Source: an uncultured Thermoplasmata archaeon (lineage in GTDB: Archaea > Thermoplasmatota > Thermoplasmata > Lutacidiplasmatales > UBA184). From it: a stretch of 64,000 nt of DNA. Below the pieces are notes generated by a model. The model searched no databases, was not told the origin of the DNA, and saw only the letters and a program-made list of their open reading frames with translations. The DNA lies in assembly GCA_963804505.1 (NCBI GenBank), contig CAWDQP010000010.1:123330-187329 (forward strand), in the 5' to 3' direction. Below are positions 11,420 through 21,392 of this stretch, piece after piece. Position numbers and translations under genes: made by a program. Positions within the stretch are counted from its first letter, which is position 1. The number at the start of each line of letters is the position of its first letter.

Positions 11420-12140
11420 CTAGATTCGCCGACCGCGGATTCCCGCGCGGAGCGCACCCGAGACGCCCTCCTGATCGGCCTGACGTTTGCCGCCGGAGCG
11501 GTGGACGCAGTTAGCTACCTGGGACTCGGCCAAATTTTTACCGCGAATATGACGGGAAACGTTGTTTTCTTGGCCCTCGCAGTGGGGGATCGACACCTGC
11601 TCACGGCGCTGCATTCGGTGGTCGCCCTGCTCGGTTTTTGCGTCGGAGCAGTTCTGGCCGGTCGGCTTCTCACCCGACCCCGCCCCACCGGGAACGTGGC
11701 CCCGCCGCGTAACGTCGGTCTTGGCGCTCGCGCTCGCGTGTATGGCTGCCCTTGCCACGGCCTGGCTCGCGACGGGCGGAGAGCCGGGTACTGGAGGACT
11801 GATCTACATAATCATTGGACTGAGCGCGGTAGGAATGGGATTGCAAAATGCCGCGGCGCGTCACCTTGCCGTCCCTGGACTCACGACGACGGTAATCACG
11901 ACGGCACTAACCGGCTTTATGGTGGACCTGCCGGCCCTCGGAATCTCCGGACCCTTCCAGCGCAGAGCTGGGCTGGGCGTTCTCGCGCTTTTCTCGGGGG
12001 CGGGGGTGGGGGCGACGCTCATGATCTTCGCCCGAGCGTTTGCTCCCCTCGTCACGGTCGCCACCGTCGCGACGGTCGCCATCACCGCGTATCTTGTCTT
12101 CGACGGATCCCCCGCGGCTGGCTTGCCAAAGCCAACGTAA
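11420..12140 (+). CDS. YoaK/DUF1275 family membrane protein (frameshift ~11695; start uncertain)
   Basis: LTFAAGAVDAVSYLGLGQIFTANMTGNVV in one frame; AVGMGLQNAA..TTTVITT in the next. Confidence 0.85.
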
Positions 12141-12243
12141 AGTTCCGCCCCAGTCGGTGTGAGCACCGTTCAGCGAACTCCGCTGAATGCGAGCGGCCAA
12201 TCGAGGCATAGCTTCGGTCACTTGTCCCACGGTGACCCACACT

Positions 12244-12810
12244 TCACAGCCAGTTTTGCCGCTCGCTCCTACCGGGGTAGTAGACAGCTACCAGCGAAAT
12301 GTAGCTGAAGGCAATGTCCGCACCGCTCGCCGCCATGTCCATGACTGTGAATGTATCCTCTCCGTATCCGGAGACAGTGAACACGCCCTGCACGGGGACG
12401 GTCTCGAGGAGGATGGTAGAGGGAAGATTGCTCGGAATCGTCAAGACCGTGTTGGCTCCGGAGCATGGGCTAGAACCGTTCTGGATGTAGACGTAGGCAA
12501 TGTCCTCGGTCTCCACGGTATGATTGATGAGGATCTGGGCTTCGCCTTGAATCGCGACAACTCCCGGCCCGGTCACGTTGATGGAGATGTTTGCGTAGGC
12601 CCAGAGCGTGCACGTTGCGGAGGCCCGGGGAAAGCCACTCTCATGGGAATGTGTCGCGACGACAGTCCCGTTGCCGTGGGGTCCTTGGACACCGATCGGG
12701 CCGATGGGACCGATTGGCCCCGCCCTGGTCAAGGTAACTCCTAGAGCTGTCCCGCCGAGAATGATCCCAACGACCCCCAGGATCACCGCGCTCTGACCTA
12801 CGCTCACCAC
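12244..12810 (-). CDS. Membrane-anchored protein with a short collagen-like G-x-x run
   Basis: TM AVILGVVGIILGGTALGVTL, then GPIGPIGPIGVQGPHGNG, then a beta-rich domain with N-x-T/S sites. Confidence 0.6.
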   Translation of the reverse strand: MVSVGQSAVILGVVGIILGGTALGVTLTRAGPIGPIGPIGVQGPHGNGTVVATHSHESGFPRASATCTLWAYANISINVTGPGVVAIQGEAQILINHTVETEDIAYVYIQNGSSPCSGANTVLTIPSNLPSTILLETVPVQGVFTVSGYGEDTFTVMDMAASGADIAFSYISLVAVYYPGRSERQNWL

Positions 12811-13046
12811 TGCCCTTGAACGTCGCTCCGATCGGGTCCACGCTCGATCGGAGCATTCCGCTTCTCTTCGTGGGGTTTTAGCCCGCATGATGGGCGCACG
12901 AATCCCCTCAACAAGAGAATTGTTCGGTGGACGAGGCGATACGCTCAACAGAGATTGAACGACCTTACTACCGAAGCTAACGATGCGCGGCGTGTCTTAG
13001 GGATTGACGGGCCTGACGAGAGGCGCGAGAGAAGCCGAACGTCTCT

Positions 13047-13622
13047 CTACGACCACCGATAGCCGAACCAACCCGCGCCCCACAGAAGGAGGCCCAGGCC
13101 AACGAAGAGCCCATCAAGGGCAATGAACCAGTCCGGCAAGTGAAGATTTACCCCGGAGACTGAGGCCCATTCGACAGCGCCTAGGAAGACGGTCCATCCG
13201 GCAACAAGGCTCGCGCCCGTCAGCACTAGGATCATTCCCACCAGCTCCCGGGTGGCCCGGCGGTAGCCGAGCGTTGCACCCGACGCGGACGAACCACGCT
13301 GGCTCAGCACCCAGCCGATGGCCACTATCAGGACGCCTACACCGATCACGAAGTAGGAAGCGGCGAGCTCCTGCTCGTACAGCTTGAAATTGAAGTTCGG
13401 GTTGAAAGGCTGAAGGCTCGTGGCTTCCCAGTAACTACTGGCGGCGTTGATCAAGAACCCTATTGAAACGACCAGAACGCCGTCGAGTAAGACCACACGA
13501 CCGAGACGACCCGAACGGGGGGGCGGTCGAGGCTCGGCGGCTGGTGTGACCCGGACAGGGTGCGCCCCCTCAGAGCCCGAAGTGCGCTCGGGTTCCACAG
13601 CAGTCACAAAGTCGGGGCTCAC
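13047..13622 (-). CDS. Hypothetical 4-TM membrane protein
   Basis: 191 aa ORF with four hydrophobic helices in two similar halves (..IVAIGW / ..LWGAGW). Confidence 0.6.
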   Translation of the reverse strand: MSPDFVTAVEPERTSGSEGAHPVRVTPAAEPRPPPRSGRLGRVVLLDGVLVVSIGFLINAASSYWEATSLQPFNPNFNFKLYEQELAASYFVIGVGVLIVAIGWVLSQRGSSASGATLGYRRATRELVGMILVLTGASLVAGWTVFLGAVEWASVSGVNLHLPDWFIALDGLFVGLGLLLWGAGWFGYRWS

Positions 13623-13954
13623 AGCTCCGCATCGTGTTCTGAGATTTCCTCCCTTCGGTTCTCACACCTTTCGCGGAGACACGGCTTGCGAGCGAAGTCG
13701 ACGCGGTACCCTGACTCCACTCCAGCCGTGCCCCCTCGTGGGCACAATGAAGATTGAACTCACCGGCGGGTTGCCGGGTGATGGGTACTCGCCCTGAGTC
13801 GGCTTGCCTAACGAACTGAGACGAGTGACCTCGTAGAGCACCGTCGCCTGTAATCGATCGCCCACCCCGAAGGGATGCGAAGTGTCCAACATTCGCATCG
13901 GCCGGCTGGACCGGAATACAACTACCACCGCGGCAAGATTCAGGACGGTAGGCC

Positions 13955-14513
13955 ATGGAAGCGGCAACCAACGGAGCCCTCAGCGGAACGGCAGCGACGA
14001 GTGGGACAGTGACGAACGGATCAGTGGGAGCCAGCGCGATGGGATCGAGCGCGGCTCCCAGCCCGCCTCCTCCGAGCGCCGGTCTAACCGGCACGGGTAG
14101 CGCATCGGGTACGGCCCCGGCCGGAGCGGGATCGCCGGCGACTGAGCTCAGCGGGAGCCACAGCGGGATCGACGGCCCAGGCAGGATCGACCGTCGGCGG
14201 GCCGACGGCGCCCTCTGCCTCGTTGGGAGCTACCGGCACCGCTCAAGCGTCTGCGGGAATCGGAGCAGCCGCGCCAACCACGGCGGCGGCGACCACCGCG
14301 GCGGCAGGAACCGCCATCGGCTTCGCAGTGAAGGCCCTGGCGGCTGTCGGCCTCGGCGCCGTCGCCATCGCTGCCGCCGCATACGCTGGCGTGCCCGGAG
14401 TGACCGGCGCCCTTTCGGCGATAGCCACTTCGACCGGCCTTTCTCGCGTCGTCAACTCTATTCAGGGTGCTCTCCAGGGGGGCGCCTCGGGGGGATTCGG
14501 ACTCGGACTGTAG
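13955..14513 (+). CDS. Hypothetical Ala/Gly/Ser/Thr-rich membrane protein (frameshifted)
   Basis: ORF 13955 low-complexity N-terminus joins ORF 14223..14513, which has hydrophobic AVKALAAVGLGAVAIAAAAYAG. Confidence 0.45.
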
Positions 14514-14610
14514 AGGATTCCCACGGGAGTCTCGCTCCCCCCCGCGAGACTCCCGCCACCCTCGAACCGACCTCCCTCGGGCGGGACTATCGCTCTGTCC
14601 AAGGAGAGTC

Positions 14611-14630
14611 GAGTGTTTAGAGTAGCGCGC
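14611..14630 (+). repeat. 20-bp direct repeat copy 1 (GAGTGTTTAGAGTAGCGCGC)
   Basis: Exact match to 15638-15657. Confidence 0.9.
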
Positions 14631-14798
14631 GCTCCGAGAGGGAAAAGGTGCCCTCCCGGCTATCCGGAGCCCGGTTTCACGTCAGGGAAAGTTGGTTTGA
14701 CCGAGAGAGGACTAGCTGCCCGGTCCCGGGCCCTGTTGATGAGCTTGTTCGGCCGGGGGTCCCTGGGCGAGATAGAGGGTGGAGAGGTGCCGCTCGAG

Positions 14799-15563
14799 CT
14801 AACGATATCCCTCCATCGTATAGTCCAACATGAGGAATGCACCTAGCGCGATTCGGTGATCCACCTTCGTCCTCTCGGAGATGTCGATCTGGGTCTTCGC
14901 CGTCGTGAATCCGTGCTTGGTGTCAGCCGACGCAAGAACGGTTCCGCTGCCGAACTCGATGAGCTGAGCAAGAGAGTTGGAGGGGTTGGAGGCAAGGAGC
15001 ATGGCCTCCCGGCCGCCGATGGTGACCCCATAGTGGCGCCCCCATGAATCGTCGGTGACACCGCGTTCGCGCCCCCAAGACCTGGGTTCCATTTGCAAGA
15101 AGGCAAGCACCGCGCCGCTGGCCTCGTGGATCAGGTAGGGGTCCTTGTTCCGACCCAGCATGAGTCCCCCAGCTCCTACCGAGTCGAGGACAAGGACCAG
15201 CGACTGGTTCTCATCCATCAGGGTGTACCTCGCCGGATACGTCGGCTCGGACGTCGCTTCTCCCACAAACTGCCCGGATGAATCCTGGAACCGAAAGGCC
15301 CGCCACTCCCCGTACCCGGTCGTGGGCATCTTGGAGGGACCCTCGGACCCAAAGCTCAGGGCCGATCTGACATTGGAGTGGAGCATCACGAGCTGGTTGA
15401 TGGTCGCTAGCCGCGACGGTGGGGCGCTTATCGCAAACTGATAGGAGGGCACGCTGCCCGGGATTGGCGCCGGCGCACCTGGGCCGGATTCCACTTGCAT
15501 CCCACAGCCGGGGCAGAACTGCGCCGCGTCGGGAACGGGTTTACCGCAACGGGTGCAGAACAT
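14799..15563 (-). CDS. Zinc-ribbon domain protein with a LURP-one/scramblase-like C-terminal domain
   Basis: MFCTRCG...FCPGCG ribbon; beta-rich repeats and C-terminal DHRIALGAFLMLD helix. Confidence 0.7.
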   Translation of the reverse strand: MFCTRCGKPVPDAAQFCPGCGMQVESGPGAPAPIPGSVPSYQFAISAPPSRLATINQLVMLHSNVRSALSFGSEGPSKMPTTGYGEWRAFRFQDSSGQFVGEATSEPTYPARYTLMDENQSLVLVLDSVGAGGLMLGRNKDPYLIHEASGAVLAFLQMEPRSWGRERGVTDDSWGRHYGVTIGGREAMLLASNPSNSLAQLIEFGSGTVLASADTKHGFTTAKTQIDISERTKVDHRIALGAFLMLDYTMEGYR

Positions 15564-15637
15564 CCATCGGGTACGCAAATCCTGGGCCAAAAGAGTTGGC
15601 CCGAGGGTCCAAGGCCAATCCACGGGCAACTTGGATT

Positions 15638-15657
15638 GAGTGTTTAGAGTAGCGCGC
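15638..15657 (+). repeat. 20-bp direct repeat copy 2
   Basis: Exact match to 14611-14630. Confidence 0.9.
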
Positions 15658-15840
15658 TCTGCCGAGGAAAAACCCCGCAGCAGGAAACGACCCGGAGGGC
15701 CACAGGTCCCCGCAGCTGCTACGTATCTGGCCCGTCCTCATTCTTGAGAACCAGAGTGGCTGGCACGATCCGTCGTCCGTGCGGTCGGAAGGTCGTGCCT
15801 AAGACGGCGATTCTTCTCGAGCATCCGTGGTGGCTGAAGC

Positions 15841-16516
15841 TTAGGCTCGGGCATATGCGTCGAGGTAGGCCGCCGTGGTAAGGGCGAAAGCGACGCAGAG
15901 CGGAGAGATCGTAAAGACGAAGGGCGCAAGCGAGAGGATCAACGCGGGCCAGCTGGTGAAGAAATCGATGAACACCCCGACGATGCCTTGGCCAAGAACG
16001 AGGCCTGAGACGGTCGCAACCCCGAGCGACCATGCGAACGCCGCCCACCCGAGGATGCGGCCGAACGTTCGCTGGAGTGGGGCAGCCCGCCGTGCGAGGG
16101 ATAGGAAGAACGACCCCACAGCAAGTACCATGACACCGCCGACTACCCAGGCGAGCGGCGCCGGCGAGTCCCCGAAGCCCACACTGCCAAGAGAGACGTT
16201 CCAGGCTGCTGCGGCCGCGACCCCACCGACAAGGATTGCCAGCGACTCCCCAATCGAGCGTAGGGCTGGGCGGGCAGGGCTCGGTGGGCCCAAGGAGTTC
16301 CATTCGTGGAGCCCGCGCCAGAGGAAGTAGAATCCGAAGATCGTGGTCGAGAGGCTGAGGTAGGTACCCTACGGTCGACGAGCGTAGGGGTCCGACCTTG
16401 GTTACGAACTGGTAGACTTCTGTTAGCGCCTCCGAGAGGAACCCGACGACGAGCGCCCGGATTGCATGCCGCGGAGACTCCGTCGGGGGAACCAGCCAAC
16501 GTCGCCAAAGAGGCAT
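15841..16516 (-). CDS. Hypothetical multi-pass membrane protein (frameshift ~16360)
   Basis: MPLWRRWLVPP..ALVVGFL frame joins hydrophobic ORF 15841..16293. Confidence 0.55.
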
Positions 16517-16795
16517 CGACGATCCATCCGTTCTTTCAGCCAATGACGTGCTCCGAATCACCGGAATCCTAGGGACGTGAGACGTCTGCACACAGAACGC
16601 TCGGGTGCGAAGGCGCCACCAAACCGGACACACTCTTGGTCCTAAGCGTTCTCATTGGGTTCTGTTGACGACCCGCCGAGTCCACTATGTGCGTCCGTTC
16701 AAAACTCGTGGGTTTCGGGACGACACACAGCGTGGGTCTCCACGAGGCCCCGCGCGCTCCAAAAACTCCGGTCCGCGGGAGGTTCGAATCACCCC

Positions 16796-17437
16796 TCAAC
16801 CGACGAACGGAAGAAGGGAGGGGAGGGCCGTGAACAGAATCGTAAGCAGACCCACGGTGATGAGCAGCCCGCCCAGGACCACTCGGAGCCGCTCCTCCGG
16901 AACATGTTCGTGAAGGTATCCTGCCCCCCTCGATGAGACCGCCGTGATCATGACTAGGGCCGCCGTCGCCGCTACGAAGACAAGCACGACATTACCCGTC
17001 GAGGCCACGAACAGGATGGAGAGAATCTGGGTATTGTCCCCCATCTCGAGCAAGAATGCGAGCCCGAGGGCGACGGTCCGAACCTGTCGTCCGGTGCGTG
17101 CTACCGCTGAAGTTCCCTCGCCCGGCTCATGAACCGGCGCGGGAACCTTTAGAATCTCACGAATGCCGAACGCGACCAGGACCACCCCCCCGACTACCTT
17201 CACCCACAGGAGGTAGGGGCCCAGAACGGTCTCGGCACCATATCCGATGGTAACCGACACTACGGTCGCTGCCCCGAGGCCGACGGACGACCCGATGAAG
17301 ACGTCCCGATACGGGTGTCGCGTCGCGAGGGTGATGACGCCAAAGTTCGACTTGCCTGGTAGCTGGAGTACCGCCACCACCGCGAAAACTAGAATTCCTT
17401 CGATCAGTGTATTCGCGTACAAGAATCCCGCTTCCAC
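16796..17437 (-). CDS. TMEM165/GDT1 (UPF0016) family Mn2+/Ca2+ transporter
   Basis: Second repeat motif LEMGDNTQI; first repeat degenerate (QLPGKSN); six TM helices. Confidence 0.8.
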   Translation of the reverse strand: MEAGFLYANTLIEGILVFAVVAVLQLPGKSNFGVITLATRHPYRDVFIGSSVGLGAATVVSVTIGYGAETVLGPYLLWVKVVGGVVLVAFGIREILKVPAPVHEPGEGTSAVARTGRQVRTVALGLAFLLEMGDNTQILSILFVASTGNVVLVFVAATAALVMITAVSSRGAGYLHEHVPEERLRVVLGGLLITVGLLTILFTALPSLLPFVG

Positions 17438-17745
17438 CGGTCATGGCCTCAGAGGGATGACTGCTTCGTCGGGGGCGACGTGAGGCCATCGCGGCCAGGA
17501 TCGGCTTGTAACCGGCACCTTTCGTACGGAGGTGACCGAGCCCGAGTCGGCGGTTGCAAATCGTGTGCCTTCTCAAACGGCACTCCCGGACCTCGTCAGG
17601 TTACGCGGGCCGCACCTAGAGCCAAAGGAACGTGGGTTGGCTCGTGGGACCTCCACGACGGGCATGGGCAGGCGTCTCGCTTGGACGAGTGGGCTGTTCT
17701 GCAGGCCTAGGGTGATTGCCCGGCGAAGATAGGAGAGAACGAATG

Positions 17746-18360
17746 TCATGTTGACGCTCGGGCAATCAACTCGGCAAGGTTTCGAGCCACTCGCCGAGTT
17801 AGGGGACGGCGGGTGGCGAGAAGGTTGTACCAAAGGACCCCGTGGACGATGTCGATTACAAGCTCTATGTCAACGGTCCGCCGCAAGTCCCCTCGTGAAC
17901 GCGCACGTTCTAACACTGCGCGCAGGGCTGCCCTACGAGGTTCGAGCAGCTCGCGAAGAAGCCGGCTGTGAAAATCAGGGTCGAACTGGGCCTCGGCCAT
18001 GAGGCCCTGAAGGAGCGCTGGCACCTGAGGGACGTCGAGCGGAAAGTCGAACCCCGCTCCTATGAAATGCTCAAGATCGCGCCGAAGGGAACCCAGGTCC
18101 CGGTCTTGGACCTTCTCGAGAGCCAGTTCTCGAACGACCTCTGACATGAGGCTCGCCCGCGAGTCCCACCATCGGTAGATCGTCTGCTTACCGACCCGGG
18201 CATGGCTGGCAATCCTTTCCAGAGTCACCTTTCCGTATCCCATCTCCCCCACCAGGAACAGGGCGGCCGAGAGAATCGCCGCTCGGCTGGCCTCGCTCCT
18301 GGGACGACCCCGTCTTCTCCGGGGTCCTTGTCCGAGTTGGTCATAGGAGCCCTTCACCAT
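17746..18360 (-). CDS. TetR/AcrR family transcriptional regulator
   Basis: RGRPRSEASRAAIL...TLERIASHARVGKQTIYRWW. Confidence 0.9.
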   Translation of the reverse strand: MVKGSYDQLGQGPRRRRGRPRSEASRAAILSAALFLVGEMGYGKVTLERIASHARVGKQTIYRWWDSRASLMSEVVRELALEKVQDRDLGSLRRDLEHFIGAGFDFPLDVPQVPALLQGLMAEAQFDPDFHSRLLRELLEPRRAALRAVLERARSRGDLRRTVDIELVIDIVHGVLWYNLLATRRPLTRRVARNLAELIARAST

Positions 18361-18418
18361 TTTCGAGACGTTACGGTCCATAAAGGCGAAATACTTCCTG
18401 ACGATGAAAAAGGCTTGC

Positions 18419-19393
18419 ATGATACATTCGATCGCTCTCGTTACCGGCACCACCTCCGGGCTCGGTTATGCGGCAGCCAGTATGCTCGCCGCCGGGGGCT
18501 GCCGCCAGGTCATCGTCACGGGCCGCACCCTGGCCCGGGTCCAGGAAACGGCCTCTCAGCTCGCAGCTGAAACAAACAAACAGGTCTTCACGCCGCTGGA
18601 GCTGGATCTGGGTTCGCCGACAAGCGTTCAGTCCGCTCTAGCTGAGCTGGTCAAGCTAGGTCGATCGATCGATTTTCTTCTGCTGAATGCGGGGATGCTC
18701 GGCGGCAAGGTGCGTGTGGTCACCGTGAAGGGAATTGAGGCGGCTCAGGCCCCACTGATCGGCCATCATCAACTGACTGTGGGGTTGCTCCGCGCCAACC
18801 AGCTTAGCCCCGGCGCGCGGATTGTTATCGCTGGCTCGGAAGCTGCCCGAGGGGACGTGCCTATGTTCAGCTACACCGACGTGGCGGCCCTCGCGGCCAC
18901 TCATCACCAGGGTGACCGAATTGCCGCCGTGGAAGCCCTGTTGCGCGGTGGGCCGAACGTGAAGTACCGGCCCACCCTGGCGTTCGCCGACGCGAAGCTC
19001 ATCGTCGCTTGGTGGGCCGCTGCCCTGGCGCGTCGCCTACCCTCCGGCATGGCTGTATACGCCGTCTCGCCCGGTGCCGCGCCCGACACCCAGGCGGTGC
19101 GGAACGCTGGGGGGGCCACAAAGTGGCTGTTGATCCCGCTGTCAAAGCACATCCCCGGCATGTCTCATACGCCCGAGACCGCGGCTCGTCGCTACCTCCA
19201 GGCATCGGAGTTCGGAACCGACGTCTCGGGCCAATTCTTCGCCTCGGCCCCCAAGAAGCTCACAGGCCCAATCGAGGCGATGCGCCACCCGCACTTTCAC
19301 GATCGCGCCAACCAGGAAGCCGCGTGGCAGGCCGTCGTCAAGGTCTCCGGCGTCGACTTCTCCTCCGCAGCACCCTCGAGCGCTTTGGCCTGA
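18419..19393 (+). CDS. SDR family oxidoreductase
   Basis: ALVTGTTSGLG, LDL, IDFLLLNAG and AVSPG motifs; divergent from TetR. Confidence 0.85.
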   Translation: MIHSIALVTGTTSGLGYAAASMLAAGGCRQVIVTGRTLARVQETASQLAAETNKQVFTPLELDLGSPTSVQSALAELVKLGRSIDFLLLNAGMLGGKVRVVTVKGIEAAQAPLIGHHQLTVGLLRANQLSPGARIVIAGSEAARGDVPMFSYTDVAALAATHHQGDRIAAVEALLRGGPNVKYRPTLAFADAKLIVAWWAAALARRLPSGMAVYAVSPGAAPDTQAVRNAGGATKWLLIPLSKHIPGMSHTPETAARRYLQASEFGTDVSGQFFASAPKKLTGPIEAMRHPHFHDRANQEAAWQAVVKVSGVDFSSAAPSSALA

Positions 19394-19958
19394 GCGAGCA
19401 CCCGGTCGCGCTGAATTGAACCTGGTGACCCGAATGAACCGGTGGGTCCTGGGTCGCCGTACCCGCGCTTCGATCTCGTCGAAGCTGCGCGGTGGTCCAC
19501 GTGGCCTAAATGTATTTTGAATCATTGAACGAGTTCAGGGCACGGGGAGGGAGCGCCTCCGCCTGTCCTCCCTGCTCGAACCCTTCTAACTAGGCTCCGA
19601 AAGGGGCCCGATACCGGACTAGACCTGCCGTCTCTCTGTCGGCGACCCTTCTCTATCTGAGGGTTTGGCTATGGGGGGCAGGCCCCCTTCACATGTAGGG
19701 TCCTCATCCAAATCCGTGAGAATGCAACTTCCCCGTACGGTCCAACGATCTTGGAGGGCCGGACTGGCGACTTAGGGAGTCTCACGACTTGGTTTGTGTG
19801 TTCAAGAAGGGTTGAACACATTACTGGGAGCACTTCCAGAATCTCGAAGAATTCTGGATGATTGCTTCGATCGCGCCCGAGGCGGACGTGAACGCTGGGC
19901 ATTGGCAACGGCCACTTTGAGAGTAACCCTTTCGAACCTTCTTGCAGTTGCGAGGGCC

Positions 19959-20429
19959 GTGGCGCTCTCCAAAGTCGAACGAGAATTTCACCAAAAAATC
20001 GCAGCGCGTTGCTTCAATGACGCATGGGAGTACCTGGGGAAAAAAACCCCGAACGACCAAGAAGAGGAACGGCTCCTAAGTTTGGTTCACGCCTCGCGAT
20101 ACCACTGGGGACTCGTTGGGACCCCCGAAAACCAGGCGGTCGCGGATTGGCAGATCTCCCGAGCCTACGCAGCGCTCCACCAACCCGATCTTTCCCTCCG
20201 ATTCGCGAGATGTTGCCTCGCGATGTGCGAGAAGCACGATTTGTCCGAGGTTCTGTGCACCGCGTACGAAGCGATCGCCCGCGCCCACGCCGTGGCACGC
20301 GACCCGAAGACGGCGAGAGAGTATCTCCAAGGGGCTCGGCAGCAGCTCGCGACCCTGTCGATCGACCGCGAAGACAGAGCGGTCTACCTGGGCCAGATTC
20401 GGGACACGGAGAGGCTTCTTCGAGAGTAG
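19959..20429 (+). CDS. Hypothetical helical (TPR-like) protein
   Basis: HQKIAARCFNDAW...HASRYHW...WQISRAY...AYEAIARA; all-helical pattern. Confidence 0.65.
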   Translation: MALSKVEREFHQKIAARCFNDAWEYLGKKTPNDQEEERLLSLVHASRYHWGLVGTPENQAVADWQISRAYAALHQPDLSLRFARCCLAMCEKHDLSEVLCTAYEAIARAHAVARDPKTAREYLQGARQQLATLSIDREDRAVYLGQIRDTERLLRE

Positions 20430-20677
20430 CGGCTCCAAAAAAGGACGCGTCTTCGAGCACTTGGTGAGAGGTGTCCCGTTGGCGTTGACCCTACTTTCAC
20501 GCAGGGTACGCCCAAGAGTCCGACAGCGCGTTCGGTGGTCCCGAGAGGCGGAGTGGCTTTGCCCCCCGTTTTCCTAACGTGACGCAGGCTAGGGTGAACG
20601 ATCGGGGAGAAACAAGGGAGAAGGGGTTACGGACCGGAGAGCCCGCGGGCGACGGTTGCCGCCCGACGGGGTTCCGC

Positions 20678-21076
20678 TCACGCGGTCGAGGCGATCCGAG
20701 TCACCGCGTGCTGCGCCGGTTCGATCAGGTACAGCACTCCCGCCAGGAGGGCGAGAATGCCACCGACGAACGCGAGCAGGTTGCCGCCCATGCCCAGCAC
20801 GGCCCAGCCGATGACCGCGAGGACGACCAGCATCACTCCGCTGGCCACCGGGCGCTCCTTCCATCCGTGCTCACCCAAGTGGGCGAACAGGAGGACGAGG
20901 GCTCCGACCACGAACAGGACGACCGCCTCGCCAAGGGCGCCGGCCGCCCCCAACGCCCGACCGAGGGCCAGGTCGGCGAATCCGAAGATCACAGCGACCA
21001 AACCGCCGACGAGGATGAGGAGTCCGCCGACCAAGCCGAAGAGATGTCCCATCGTGCGCTCTGTAGTTGTTTCCAT
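20678..21076 (-). CDS. Hypothetical 4-TM membrane protein
   Basis: 132 aa hydrophobic ORF preceded by an SD-like GGAGGTGA. Confidence 0.7.
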   Translation of the reverse strand: METTTERTMGHLFGLVGGLLILVGGLVAVIFGFADLALGRALGAAGALGEAVVLFVVGALVLLFAHLGEHGWKERPVASGVMLVVLAVIGWAVLGMGGNLLAFVGGILALLAGVLYLIEPAQHAVTRIASTA

Positions 21077-21392
21077 TGTCTCTCACCTCCTGTTCAATAG
21101 CTCCGCCCATAGAACCCCGGAGACCCCGGGGCCTTTCGCAGGCAGGTTGCTGAAACCTTGCCGCCATCCTACTTGAACCCTTGTCCACGGTTTCGCAGAA
21201 GTGCCCTCTCGCCGTGAAAATCTTCGGCGAACGCCGGACGAGACCCCCCCCCCAACTACCACGATTGTCGAACCGTCCGCGGTGGGATCGGCGGTCGCGG
21301 AGGCAGGGGGAACCACCCCCCCCGACCCTCTACCCCTAAGTCCATATCCCCTGAGCCGACCTCAGGTGAACAGCCCACCGGGGGGCCCGCCC

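Noticed and set aside
16776..16800. GGAGGTTCGAATC resembling a tRNA T-arm or att remnant
   Set aside because: No complementary T-stem or cloverleaf, and no match to the tRNA-Leu 3' end
12950..20640. Integron attC cassette array in the accessory region
   Set aside because: No recurring RYYYAAC...GTTRRRY hairpins after genes, mixed gene orientations, and no IntI
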